Source: Utricularia gibba (taxonomy: Eukaryota > Plantae > Magnoliophyta). Taken from it: 64,000 bases of DNA. Position 1 is the stretch's first letter; every line of letters starts with the position of its first letter. Positions 51,970 through 62,942 of the stretch are shown here, piece by piece. A program made the position numbers and the translations under genes. The notes beneath the pieces are model-generated. The model had not been told where the DNA came from. It saw only the letters and a list, made by a program, of their open reading frames with translations, and searched no databases. The stretch covers positions 3,720,001 through 3,784,000 of the forward strand of contig CM007992.1 in assembly GCA_002189035.1 (NCBI GenBank), in the 5' to 3' direction.

Positions 51970-53029
51970 TCTGGCTGGCCTAAGAGAGTAGGAGAAGAGC
52001 TCAAGAGTTGGAGATGGTTTTATGGAGGAAAGGGAGAGAGAATGTTGCTGTTATGTCCCAGAGCGAGTTTATGATAGGTGTCGTGGTGGGAACCTTTAGC
52101 TTAGGGGTAACTTGCCCCCGTGCAACTTGCAACAGCCAACGCTTCCCCCTCTCCGCGAGCCACTCAAACTCTTCCAAATCTGCACAGATTCGATCTGGCA
52201 TCCCAGCTGCTTAGTCCCTCTCACATGGGGTGCGATGGCAACGGTCGCTTCCTTGAATGAAGCGACGATGATCCATCGGTTGCTGGAGCTGGATTATTCG
52301 ACCTATTAACTTTCGCAGTAAACTAACCCTTGGGTTGGAGAGCCAGAGACAGCGACATGCTTTTATACATTTGCGCGGCGCGTCGTCCGTAGCAAGTGCC
52401 CAAATTGACCACATGAAAACAAGAGCAAAGCTGAATGAATAGACTGGGGGTTCGTTTGGAGATGAGCAGAGAACTCGTCGGTTTATCCGTACAGTACTGC
52501 CGATTTCCGGTTTCATGTCGGACATGCAACCAAGGCGATCGAGCTGGAAGATCATCTGCATACACGAATTCCGCGGCGGATATTTCGATATTTTTTTCAA
52601 AATAATATAAACAACAGAAATCTATGGACCAAATACGTGATGCAGACGGGTCAGTAGTTTCGGCCCGTACTGACTGGGCCTTGCCCGTGGCCCGGCCAAA
52701 TATATACGTCATCATCTACGGTGACGGCCCAGCGACGCCGAGAGTCGTCGTCGACGGCGTGACGGATCGAGTCCCGGTGGTGACTCCATTGGTTCGCTCT
52801 AATTGCCTTTAAGCGTTTTCGAAATATCGAACCTACAACTACCATTTCCGCACACGTGTCCGAAAATGGCAAGTAGTAGCTCTCGAACCAATGAGCTGAC
52901 TGTATAGCACGAATCCTGGGTTGTACGGATTCATCATTAGCCCTTGATACGACGACTCGCCACCGGGCCAAGCAGCGAGTCTAAAGGCAAATCTGTAGCT
53001 ACCCCAAGCTTTCCCTTCCGGATCCGGCG

Positions 53030-54114
53030 ATGGGGATCAGTGTTATCGTCGGAGTGCTGGGTAAGTCGATTTCTTCCGCAAATTCCATTCTTCTTCTCAA
53101 TCTTCATCTCCCTTTCGTTTCAGGCAACATCGTGGCAGCACTGCTGTTCCTTGCTCCTCTGTGAGCTTCTTTCTCCGCCAGGCTCCGAGTACCTTTTCCC
53201 TATGCCACCCCTCACCCAACTTATTGATGCTGTGGATTTATTCTTTCGTAGGTCAACGTTTTGGAGAATAATCAAGAACAGATCCACAGAGGAATTCGAG
53301 AGCATCCCCTACGTGGTTCTACTGTTGAATGCTTCTCTTTGGACGTATTATGGGTCAATCAAGCCTGACGTGCTTCTCGTGACCATCAATGGCTTTGGGT
53401 CTCTGTTGATGGTCGTGTATCTCTCTATCTTCCTCACTTTCGCCCCTCGGAAAAACAAGGTAAATTTGGGTTTTCCCTGTTTGAACAGCTTATGCTGCTT
53501 GAACAAGGTAAATCTCGGAAAAACCGAGATTTGAGATTTTTCGGCGGCGGTTGCAGATTCGGACCGCGGCGCTGGTAGCTGTGGTTAATGTGGGTGTTCT
53601 AGTGGGGGGATTGTGGGGACGAGATTAACGATGCCGAAACGGGCACAAGTCAACACCATTGGCCTCCTCTGTGACTGCGTCACAGTTGTTTCATTTGCTT
53701 CCCCGTTGGCGGCCATAGTAAGCTCCTTTAAACCATTGCCCCCCTCTGTGAAAAAAAAAAGCTCCTCCGAACCTCATCTGATTTTAACATGAATACTCAG
53801 AAAACAGTAGTGACCACAAGGAGCGTTGAATTCATGCCATTCTGGCTGACATTCTTCTACTTCCTGGTGGGAATGACTTGGAGTACTTACGCCCTTTTGG
53901 TGAATGATCTCTTCATTTTGGTGAGGCCATGACGCCTGATGATATGAATATCCTATTCAAGGGACATATTAAGAAATGCTCCTGGCCTTTGCAGATCCCG
54001 AATAGCGCAGGGTTGTTGCTGGGAGTGATTCAGTTAGTGCTGTATGCTTGGTACAGCAGATGTCCAGCTCCCCTTGAAGGAAATGAACCTCTTGTTCACT
54101 CTGATGATGCCTGA
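53030..54114 (+). CDS. SWEET sugar transporter (SWEET16/17-like), 6 exons; exon 4 is 1 nt short
   Basis: GNI..LFLAPL.TFWRIIK.RSTEEF..IPY, WTYYG, TING, ASPL, SVEFMPFWL, IPN; frameshift in the G6 run near 53604-53609. Confidence 0.88.
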
Positions 54115-54666
54115 TAGCGTGTACCAGCGAGAGTTCAATTTGAATCCATGTGTTGGAGTGTGATGCTTTTGCCACCACAATTTTCATGGGTGGTGGCATT
54201 TGTTGAAATACTTGTACTAAGCACTTGCTTCTTTGGATGCTTTTGACAAGGGATTAGTTGTTAATTCAAGGTGATTCGTTTGTATTTATTATTTTATGCA
54301 GGAGGTGGTTCTGGAACGAGAGTTTTCGGTTCATTAAATGGCTGTCTGCCTGCCTCCTTAGGCAGTAGGCGCAACGCGCAATGCGTGTGGGTGAAATGAC
54401 AAATGACAAGTGTACCGTTACCGAGACCAGTTCTTGAATGATGTGTTGATAGAATGGATGCGCACGTCGTCTTCTTGGAAATTTTTGTTGATTTTCATTA
54501 ATGTCTTCAACCCCACCTGTTCCGGATCCAAGACAAGCTTTTGTTTTCTTTCCTTTTAATTCTTTCAGCCTTCAAAGAATCCCAAAAGCTCCACCTTTTT
54601 TGGTTGGTCCGGGTCGCGGTTTTCAGCAGCTTTGCTTCATCTGTGTTCTGGGGTTTTGTGTTGAAA

Positions 54667-55716
54667 ATGGTGATGGAAGTAGTTCATGAAGAAACGGGGG
54701 AAGGAAGCATGCTGCAGTGTGCTAGCCACCCCTACAAGAACAGTTCCCCTGGTGGGATCTGCGCATTTTGCCTTCAAGAGAAGTTGGGGAAGCTCGTTTC
54801 TTCTTCGTTCCCACTTGCTGTTTTCCCTCCTCCTCCTCCTTCATCCTCTTCCCCTTCATTTAGATCCGAGGTCGGCGCTCCCATCTCCTCCCACCACAAT
54901 CCTCCTCCATCTGATAGCGGAGGCATCAACAACCGCCGCAGAACGGCGAGGTCAAAACTTCCTTTACGGTTGTCGCGCAAGAAGAAGCGGCCGGAAGAGG
55001 GAGTAATGGTGAGGGGGAGGAATAATTGCTCGGATTCTGCCACATTCGTTTTTATGAGGAGTAAATCTATGGCAGCTCCGGGAAAGGCTCTGCATTTCTT
55101 GGATGAAAACCATAAAAGAGGGTTTTGGTCATTTCTCTACAATCCAAAGGATTCTGGTTTCAAGAAAAGCGACAACCAGTTGAATGATTCTGGTGGGACA
55201 TCCGGTTCCAAGGACAAGAAAACGGCAGAAATGGTGCTGGTGGAGGAGGATGCGAACCCTGGCGAAGTTGCTGTTGATAGAAAGGTATCTAGATCTAAAT
55301 CCATTGGCTGCGGCAGCCGGAGTTTTTCAGGGGATTTCTTTGAGAGAATCTCAACTGGGTTTTCCGATTGCACTCTCCGCCGTGCGCAATCTCACAGAGA
55401 AGGTAAGATGAAAGCCAAACCAGTTCACAGGAACGGTAGGGGTGAGGGTGATGGCCAAGATTGCATCAACGGAAGAGTTAAATGTGGCCGGATTTTTGGT
55501 GGTTTTATGATCAGGTCATCCTCTTCGTCCTCAACGTCTTCCAACTGGGTTTCATCTTCAGCTGAGGATACTACAATTGCAAGGGGAAAGGCAATGACCC
55601 TCCAATCCCATTGGCGTAGCAGGAGCTGGGGATGGAGTCTCCCAAGTTCAATGAGACCTGCAAAGCCACGTCCCAGGAAAACGGACTCTGACTCTTGTAA
55701 TCTCCCTCAAACATAG
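54667..55716 (+). CDS. DUF740/OCTOPUS-like plant protein, intronless
   Basis: C..HPY....GGICAFCLQEKLGKLV motif, RSKS motifs, SRSFSGDFFERISTGF.DCTLRR. Confidence 0.7.
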   Translation: MVMEVVHEETGEGSMLQCASHPYKNSSPGGICAFCLQEKLGKLVSSSFPLAVFPPPPPSSSSPSFRSEVGAPISSHHNPPPSDSGGINNRRRTARSKLPLRLSRKKKRPEEGVMVRGRNNCSDSATFVFMRSKSMAAPGKALHFLDENHKRGFWSFLYNPKDSGFKKSDNQLNDSGGTSGSKDKKTAEMVLVEEDANPGEVAVDRKVSRSKSIGCGSRSFSGDFFERISTGFSDCTLRRAQSHREGKMKAKPVHRNGRGEGDGQDCINGRVKCGRIFGGFMIRSSSSSSTSSNWVSSSAEDTTIARGKAMTLQSHWRSRSWGWSLPSSMRPAKPRPRKTDSDSCNLPQT

Positions 55717-56386
55717 CCAAAATCCCTTCTTTGTTGGCTGTGAGTTAATTTCCCGAAAACCATCTCAAAATTACTGTATGTATGTAATGTTCTCTCGTAT
55801 TTGGTGTTGCGTGAACCCAGTCTTTCATTCATTCATCACACTGGTTTTCATCTCTGCGTCAAGCACAGCATCATCCCTGTTTTTTGAAGGAATGGCTCAT
55901 TCTGTTCCTGTTCCTGGGTAATAAAGAAAACACATTGAAATGAAACCAACGACGGTAAAAGGGAGCAGACAGCGGAGAAGGAAAACCGGTGTGGTACTGC
56001 ATCCTGCACATGCTCTGCTGCCCGTTTATGGTTTGTGCCGGTGAATCGACGTTACTGCTCTGAATAGGAAGCAGCTGTTTTGGGTAACAGCGGTAACTTT
56101 TGGGGCGACACAAGAAAAAGCTCACCATCCCAGAATCGTCAAGCTGTAGTCGCAGAAAGTCTTGCCGTCTGCTCTGGCGCAACCGTGGCCGTGGAGGGGG
56201 GGAGGGGGGAAACGTAAAGGGGGCGGGGGGTGGATGGGTGGGGCCCACAGAGAAACCCTTATTTCTGAAGCGTCCCCCAGCCAGGGTCCCATGCCTAATT
56301 ATTAGTCGCTCTACCGATCTTTCTCTTTCAGAAATTTGAGTTTTCCACCTCGCAATTGCGACGTTTAAGCTGAGAGTGGGAGAGAG

Positions 56387-56725
56387 ATGATCGAAGAGCG
56401 GCGGGCGAGCCCTCCCCACGGCGCCATAATCGCGGTGGCGGTGCTGGTTGCGGTGACGGTTCCGTTTCTGATAGGAGACCCGAGCGAGGCCGCCACCGGA
56501 TTCTTCGCGGAGCTGCTCACTCCCCTCGGTCTACTCCTCCTCCCCACGCTCCTCCTACTCACCATTCACTTCCTCTCCTCCGATCGCGGATCCTCCGGCA
56601 AGCCCAATTCCCTCCAACGCGCCCCCGGATCGCCTCTCGGAGTCGCACTCCTCCTCCTCCTCGTGCTACTTCTCCTACTCACCAAAATCTCCATCTTCGG
56701 AGGCGGCGGAGACGCCGGAGACTGA
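56387..56725 (+). CDS. Small plant multi-pass membrane protein of unknown function
   Basis: Three hydrophobic stretches, GSPLGVALLLLLVL motif, acidic Gly tail, GC-rich coding-like composition. Confidence 0.7.
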   Translation: MIEERRASPPHGAIIAVAVLVAVTVPFLIGDPSEAATGFFAELLTPLGLLLLPTLLLLTIHFLSSDRGSSGKPNSLQRAPGSPLGVALLLLLVLLLLLTKISIFGGGGDAGD

Positions 56726-57069
56726 TCCTCGACGCTTGATTGCCGACCACTTCTAGGTGGTGTGTGGTTGTTTTTTTATTGTGTCCGTACGGTTGTGTTC
56801 CTGATTTTGGTTTCCCAGTACACCTTTAAGTGGGTTCAAAGGCCGAGCCGTGTGCCTGTGGAACGCCGACCCAGTGCTGCAGTAGTACGAGAAACCGGCA
56901 CAAGTTGGTTTATGAACGGCCCCGAACATTTGGACAAGCACAAACTGCTGTATGTTGGCGTTCTAAATTGAACTGTTGGTCTGAGTTGAGATGCCATAGA
57001 GTGGGAGTGGTTGCTTTTATTATTATTATTACTACTATCAATTTATTGTAGTAAGATTCTCGTTGCTTG

Positions 57070-57300
57070 ATACAATATGTCTACCGACAGCAAAGTTTGC
57101 ACCAAGTGATTTGGGCAGTGTGTGGTAGGTTTCTTTAGTGAACGTAGGCATGGCCGCTATTTGGACGCAACTGGGCCGCTCATATTGGAGCAACATACAA
57201 GGAAAAGGGCTCCATGCAGTCCATTGGAATGTCGTTTCTATATGTACCTGGCGGATGGCACCCTCCAGTCCTGTGGACCTTGTATCAAGATTCAGGATCC
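57070..57300 (+). mobile_element. Possible degraded LINE ORF2 fragment
   Basis: RSYWSNIQGKGLHAVHWNVV resembles the RRFFW....K.LHWV.W..LC segment downstream of plant LINE RT domains; short and from memory. Confidence 0.25.
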
Positions 57301-57358
57301 GCGAGATGTTCCTTTGGATTGCTCCTTCTAGTGGATTACCGAGGGAACTTCTAGAACT

Positions 57359-58346
57359 ATTTTGGTTTATCAAGAGCTGCTGTCTGGTAATACTTTTCGC
57401 TTCGAGTCTTCTCAATTCTTTCCCCTTTCTGTGCGGGTTGCTTGGTGGTTTTTGGGTATTCTTTTTATTTTATTGTTGGTTGAATTTGTCGCTTTGAGTA
57501 TTTGAATGAGTGTATCTGTAAAAGATTGTAACTTTAACGTAATTTTTCAATTTCTGGCATGGGAAAAGTTCACCAATTCTTACTGCAGGTGTCGACCAGC
57601 TCTCGGACTCCTTTCCCTACAAGGAACTCGAGAATGGAGCTTTCTGGGAAGTAGAAGGAAAGGTTAGGATCTGTGAAAGTTTATATATCTCGGCAGCTGC
57701 TCACTGAGGGAATCCGCGAATCTTATTCCTCTGCCCCCCTCTACCTCTTGGTTTGTTTGCTGCAACACTTGTGCTCAATCACTCCATCCATTTTTGTTGT
57801 TCCGTCAGTGGGTGGTGAAGGGAGCAGTTGATGTAGATATTGGTGCCAACCCTTCTGCTGAAGGCTGTGAACGAGGTTGAAGGCGTTGATGACCAGGCTG
57901 TCAAAGTTGTCGACACTTTCAGGGTTCAGGTTTTTGTGGCGCCAATTGAGAGAGCTATTATACCATTGATGTTGTTCTCACATTTTTTCTTCGCGGGAAC
58001 AACCTCCATTTGACAAGAAGTAATTTCTTGCCTGGATTAAGAAGTACATCAGGCTGTTGACTGCCAAACTGGAACCTGAAAAGCAAGAGGAGTTCAAGAA
58101 ATCTATCGAGGGGGGCACCAAGTATTTACTCTAAAAAATCAAAAACCAGTTGTGAGAAGCAAAACCAGTATTGAATCCCAGACACTCCCTCCCCCATGCT
58201 GATAAATGCTTCTCCTTTGCAGCTTTGTGGGTAAGAGCATGCACGGTGATGGCAGCCTCGTTTTCGCATACTTCAAAGACGGGGGCGGTGGATCGGATCC
58301 AACATTCCTGTACTTGGGCCATGGCTTGAAATAAATCAAGTGCTAG
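57359..58346 (+). pseudogene. TCTP: Intron-containing TCTP pseudogene, 5 exons
   Basis: ATG mutated to ATT (57359); LVYQELLS|[20 protein letters not shown]|WVV.GAVDVDIGANPSAEG; frameshift near 57871; acceptor CGG at 57994-57996; stops at 58021, 58132, 58332. Confidence 0.92.
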
Positions 58347-58836
58347 ATGACCATCTACTGTCAAGACTCCATCTTTTGCTTTGGATTTGTAACTTTTGGA
58401 TGATGAGTTGAGCTTCTGCATACGGAAATTGTCCTAATGTGTGTCTCAATTTGCTTGCATGATTCCGGATGGATTAGCATCTTTTGTCTTCATAAGCTTT
58501 TCCGCAGCACTGAAATTCTACCTTTCAAAAATCTCGAATGTTTCTTCATTAACAAACATTGAATTCTATGTTACTTGAGATGATAAAGGAACAGTGGCGG
58601 AGCAGCAAGCATTCTACTCCAGCTCGGACAACAGGCCAAATAGAAAAAAAGGATAACTGAGTCAATATCTGTACAAAATCGCCTATCACGATTACTGGCA
58701 GCGTGTGCTTGGTACAAGAAAGCTGCCGCTGGTCAATCTGCAATCTTCTAAAAGCAATCGCAAATCTTCCTCTCTACAAATCTCTTGCGATTCCCTCCCG
58801 GTTTCAATGCCTCTACAAAAGTTTCATCTATTTGAG

Positions 58837-61405
58837 TCACTCTGCTCGCAACTTCAGTATCTCTTTTGCTGTTCTCCGTCTAAAATACTGCATGTGATCC
58901 TTCAAATACGATCGGAGAAATTAAGATAAGGGATCAGGAGGATACATGAAAAGGTCAAGCAGGAGACTGAAAAGGGACAAACCTGGCTAAAGCATAACTC
59001 AATCCCTCTGCTGTGGAAATCAGCATACTTGATCATGAACATCCCGCAGTCGTACCTGTTAACGAAGACACACTCATTTGGCTTACTGTTCATGGCAAGG
59101 AGGGTAATCTTGCCACATTGGAGCCAAGTTGACGGGCACATGAAAGACACAAAGTTCTTAACTCCCTAGCATCAAAAATCTGAATTGCTTTTACCCGTTT
59201 TCCTGTTCCGGTAGGTCATTGACGAACTCATGTTCCCATGAGCTAACATTAATGGCCTGCCCACACTTGTCTTTCACTTCATCCATATAATATCTTGCCT
59301 GCATTATGACATCCTCCGAGTGAACCACAATGATAGCCACGAGCTGTCAAGAGAAAGAATGAAAGCATACCAGCACATTCAAAATGTCTGTATCGTATCC
59401 TCGGAGTGAATCAAGATATTGAAATTTTTCAGCCTTCTTGTTGATAATAGCCAAACACCAATGCACTTCTCTGTGGATGGGCACAAAAATCTAAGATAAC
59501 AGTGAAATGGATCAGAGCAAATTTGCAAGAGTACTTGAGCGCTTTAACTAAAAAATATTGTCCTCTCTGGGAGAAATTAAAAGAACATCCAACGCTTACC
59601 TTTTCACACTCTAGAAGACTATACCCCAGCTTCTTTTGAGTAGTCCATCTTCTAACCGACCGAAAATCATAACCACCTCTGCCACAAATTAACTGGAACA
59701 GAAGCACGCATACAAAAGCATAGTAACATTGAAATTGCACCAAAGGTATCACTGCACAATGCAAGGCAGTGAAGTAGCGATTTTTCTACAATTGATGAAA
59801 AAGCATTTCAAAGAGAAAAAATTTCAAATAAAGTGCCCAGTTCTTCCAGAGAGTCAAATTTGATTTTAAAACCAGATCCACCATCAACGCTCAGATAAGG
59901 TTGCAGACAGCTTCCTATACAAAGTGACAACATTTGTTTTTTTCTTTTATGCAAATCAAATTTGCATAAAGTGCCTAGTACTCCAACAAGCTTTGCAACG
60001 TCATGTTGGCAGGTCTTAAAGCAGCAAATCACACATTAAATCAACATTGGTTGCACTTAATGAAGAACTAGGAACGTGACAAACCTTTTTGTAAAAGAAG
60101 GTATTAAAGAAATGGCACTTCAAAAATTTCCCAGACTCTCTTTTCTCCCTTTCTTTCAACAATGCGAGATATAAATTGGTGACCTGAAAGAAGGCCATAT
60201 CATAAATTCCGAGAAGTTTTTTCAGTACATTATGGAGTATCATTGTATGAGTGCCAACTCCCACTTATTTAGTGGCGTGAATGATGAGGAAAGAATTATA
60301 ACGACTGCTATTCGAATTTCACACATTGAAAGGGGCATATCAGGTGGAAAAAAACTCATGCACCGAAAATCTGTCTCAAATCGACCACCCAAAGGAAGTT
60401 CGATTCTTAAGTACCTCATCATTTAGCCAGGCACCATTCCTCAAACATTGCAATTTTTCCCCGGTAATTTCAATGTTTGAGCTTTCATGAATCACTAGCA
60501 CCTTAAAACTGCAGAGGTTGGAAAGAGATGAGAATCATAAATACATACGAGACTAGCCCAAATAAAGAAAACATAATACCTATTATTATTTGACATAGCA
60601 TCAGAAATTTCAATCTCCTCTTCTTTGGTGAGAGGTGCAAAATACTCCGGTAACTTTTCTTTCCTTGAATGCCGTGTGGAACGGATCAATTCAACACTGC
60701 TCGTGAGTACTTGTATCCATGAATTCAGCCAGCTCCTCTTTTCATTTTTCTTACTGATTTTCTCAAGCATCCTCTTGTACAAAGGCTCCGAGGAATCAGA
60801 TATACGATCCAATTCCTGTGATTCCATACCGTTGGTTACATTCTCCTTTAAGATGACATGAACGGCATCCATGATAATAGAAGACCCAAAAGATCCGACT
60901 TTTTCAATCACCATGGCATTTCTGTCTTTATGTGAATTCTGTGCCACTGATTGCTGTTGCATCCTCTTTTTTCCTCCAAGTTCCGTAGTCTCCACATTCT
61001 TAATGTCAAATTCCTCAGGTACACCGTTCCAGCGATCAATTCTCTTGTCAACATCTTTTCTCATCCACTGCAAACTAGCAACGGCTTCTTCCTTTAACTG
61101 TTCATACCTCTGGAGACGAGAAGTTGTATCAATTCGATGGTCCAGAGGCTTATCACTTGTCAAATTACGTTTCTTAGCCAGACGGCAAAATCTGGAATTC
61201 CGAACAGGAGCATGCACCCTCTTTCGAAATGCTGGTTTTCCAAAGGGGTGAAAAATTTTCAACGCTGTGATGCTTAACGATGCACGACCTTTTGAGGGAC
61301 CGTAGAAATCGAAAACCTCCGTCTCTTGGAAAGCAAGCCGTCCTCCACGTCGCATTGGGATGAAGCATCGTCCCCACGCTTCCGTAGACCGGCGAGAATC
61401 TCCAT
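58837..61405 (-). CDS. ULP1/ESD4-like SUMO protease, 8 exons; apparent 1-nt deletion near 61290
   Basis: MEILAGLRKRGDD..SKRRRFS start; WLNDE, FFNTFFYKK, VPIH.EVHWCL, YLDSL, QENGYDCGMF, KEILKLRAE*; catalytic H/D/Q/C intact. Confidence 0.9.
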
Positions 61406-61564
61406 CACCAAGGATCAAAGCTCTTGACGAAACCCTAATTGGGTACACGGCGGCATCTACACTACAAAAACCAGTAATAGAAGGGCTGCTTGGCTTTCAA
61501 TAGCTTACATAATAATAATAATAATAAATCAACAAAATTAGTTACGAAACTTTCAAGTTTCAAG

Positions 61565-61647
61565 GACCGTTTTAGTCCTTTTTTTAATGGCTACTCTTCA
61601 AGTGCCGGAAACGGTCACTGACAATTTGAATTCAAATCACGACCGTT
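61565..61647. promoter_or_regulatory. Three MSA-core (AACGG) sites and a TTTGAATTCAAA palindrome in the ULP1/TOG bidirectional promoter
   Basis: gaccgtt 61565, aacggtc 61610, gaccgtt 61641, tttgaattcaaa 61625-61636. Confidence 0.6.
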
Positions 61648-61719
61648 ATAAAATCCTCCGCGCTCCCTTTAACGTCTCATTCTCTTGTTTCTTGAAGCTT
61701 CGCTGGGAAAAAAAGAAAA

Positions 61720-62942
61720 ATGGCTCTGCGGCCTATCGATAACGCGATGCCGACGACTCCTGAGAGACCTAAGAAGCAGGCCAAGATTACACTACCACCT
61801 CAAAAGGAGAGACAACTACCAGATCGTGTGGGCAAAGATGAAAATCAGCTCCCTTCAGTGCAGCCGTCGCCTGAAGACGCGTCGATCGACTACGTCTTAT
61901 CGGAAAATCTCGAAGCATTTCAAGATCCAGACGCCAAATTCCAGGTTTTTTTTTCTAACATTTTTCTTGATGTTTTGGAATCCTGATCTTGGGACTGAAT
62001 TTTCTGGATCTGGTATGGCCGCTCTTGCAGGGTCTTGTTGGCGGATTAGAATCTAAAGATTGGTTGAAGGTGTGTGGATCTCTGAACGACGCTAGGCGAT
62101 TCGCGCTCCATCACTCTGATTACCTTGAGCCAATTATGTAAGTTGTAGATCGTTCTCATTTTCTATTATCCTGTGCTGCTTTCAGCATTTAAGAAGGAAT
62201 GCTGGTTTATGCAGGGAAAAGGTGATTCTAGCCATGGTGAAGGCAATCAAAAACCCTAGAAGTGCATTGTGCAAAACTTCTATCATGGCTGCTGCGGATA
62301 TTTTCAAGGCTTTCGGTGAAAAGTTGCTTGAGACTGAATCTGATTCATTCAACCAACTAGTGAGTGTTTGACTCAAACCTTTTGGCTTAGTCCTCAAGAT
62401 AGAGTAAGATTTTCGTGTTTTTGGCATGTAGTTGCTACAGCTGTTGCTGAAAGCTTCTCAAGACAAGAAATTTGTGTGTGAAGAAGCATCCAGGGCGTTA
62501 GCAGCAATGGTGGAATCGATAGCTCCACTTTCTCTGCTTAAGTGCCTTGAACCATACGTTGCACACTCGAACCTGAGAGTCAGGGCAAAAGCTGCAATGT
62601 CCATGTCCAACTGCGTGTCAAGACTGGTATGACGAAAATCCAAGCATCCTTTTTCAACTTGACTCCAGCTCAAGGCTTTACATTGATCCTGTCATTGTAA
62701 ACACTCGACAGGATCTGAAAGGAATGGAACAGTTGGGGTTGGTTGAACTGATCAAAATGGCTGCAATTCTGATAAATGACAAGCTCCCGGAGGCAAGGGA
62801 AGCGGGTAAATCCATTGCAGTTTCGGTGTATGAGGCCAGCACAGAGAACGAAGAAGAGAAACAGCAGTTTTGGCAAACCTTTTGCCACTCCAATTTGCCA
62901 GCCATTCTTGCCCTGGCCATCGTTAAACTTGTTTCCTCCTAG
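61720..62942 (+). CDS. TOG/CLASP-N ARM-repeat protein, 5 exons
   Basis: MALRPIDNA..TPERPKKQAK, LESKDW.KVC.SLN..RRFA, KNPRSALCKTS, LLKASQDKKFVCEEA, NDKLPEARE. Confidence 0.88.

Noticed and set aside
52211-52780. Long overlapping ORFs and short GC-rich hairpins (e.g. gtcgcttc/gaagcgac) between ERF and SWEET
   Set aside because: No family similarity; stems of 7-8 bp are expected by chance
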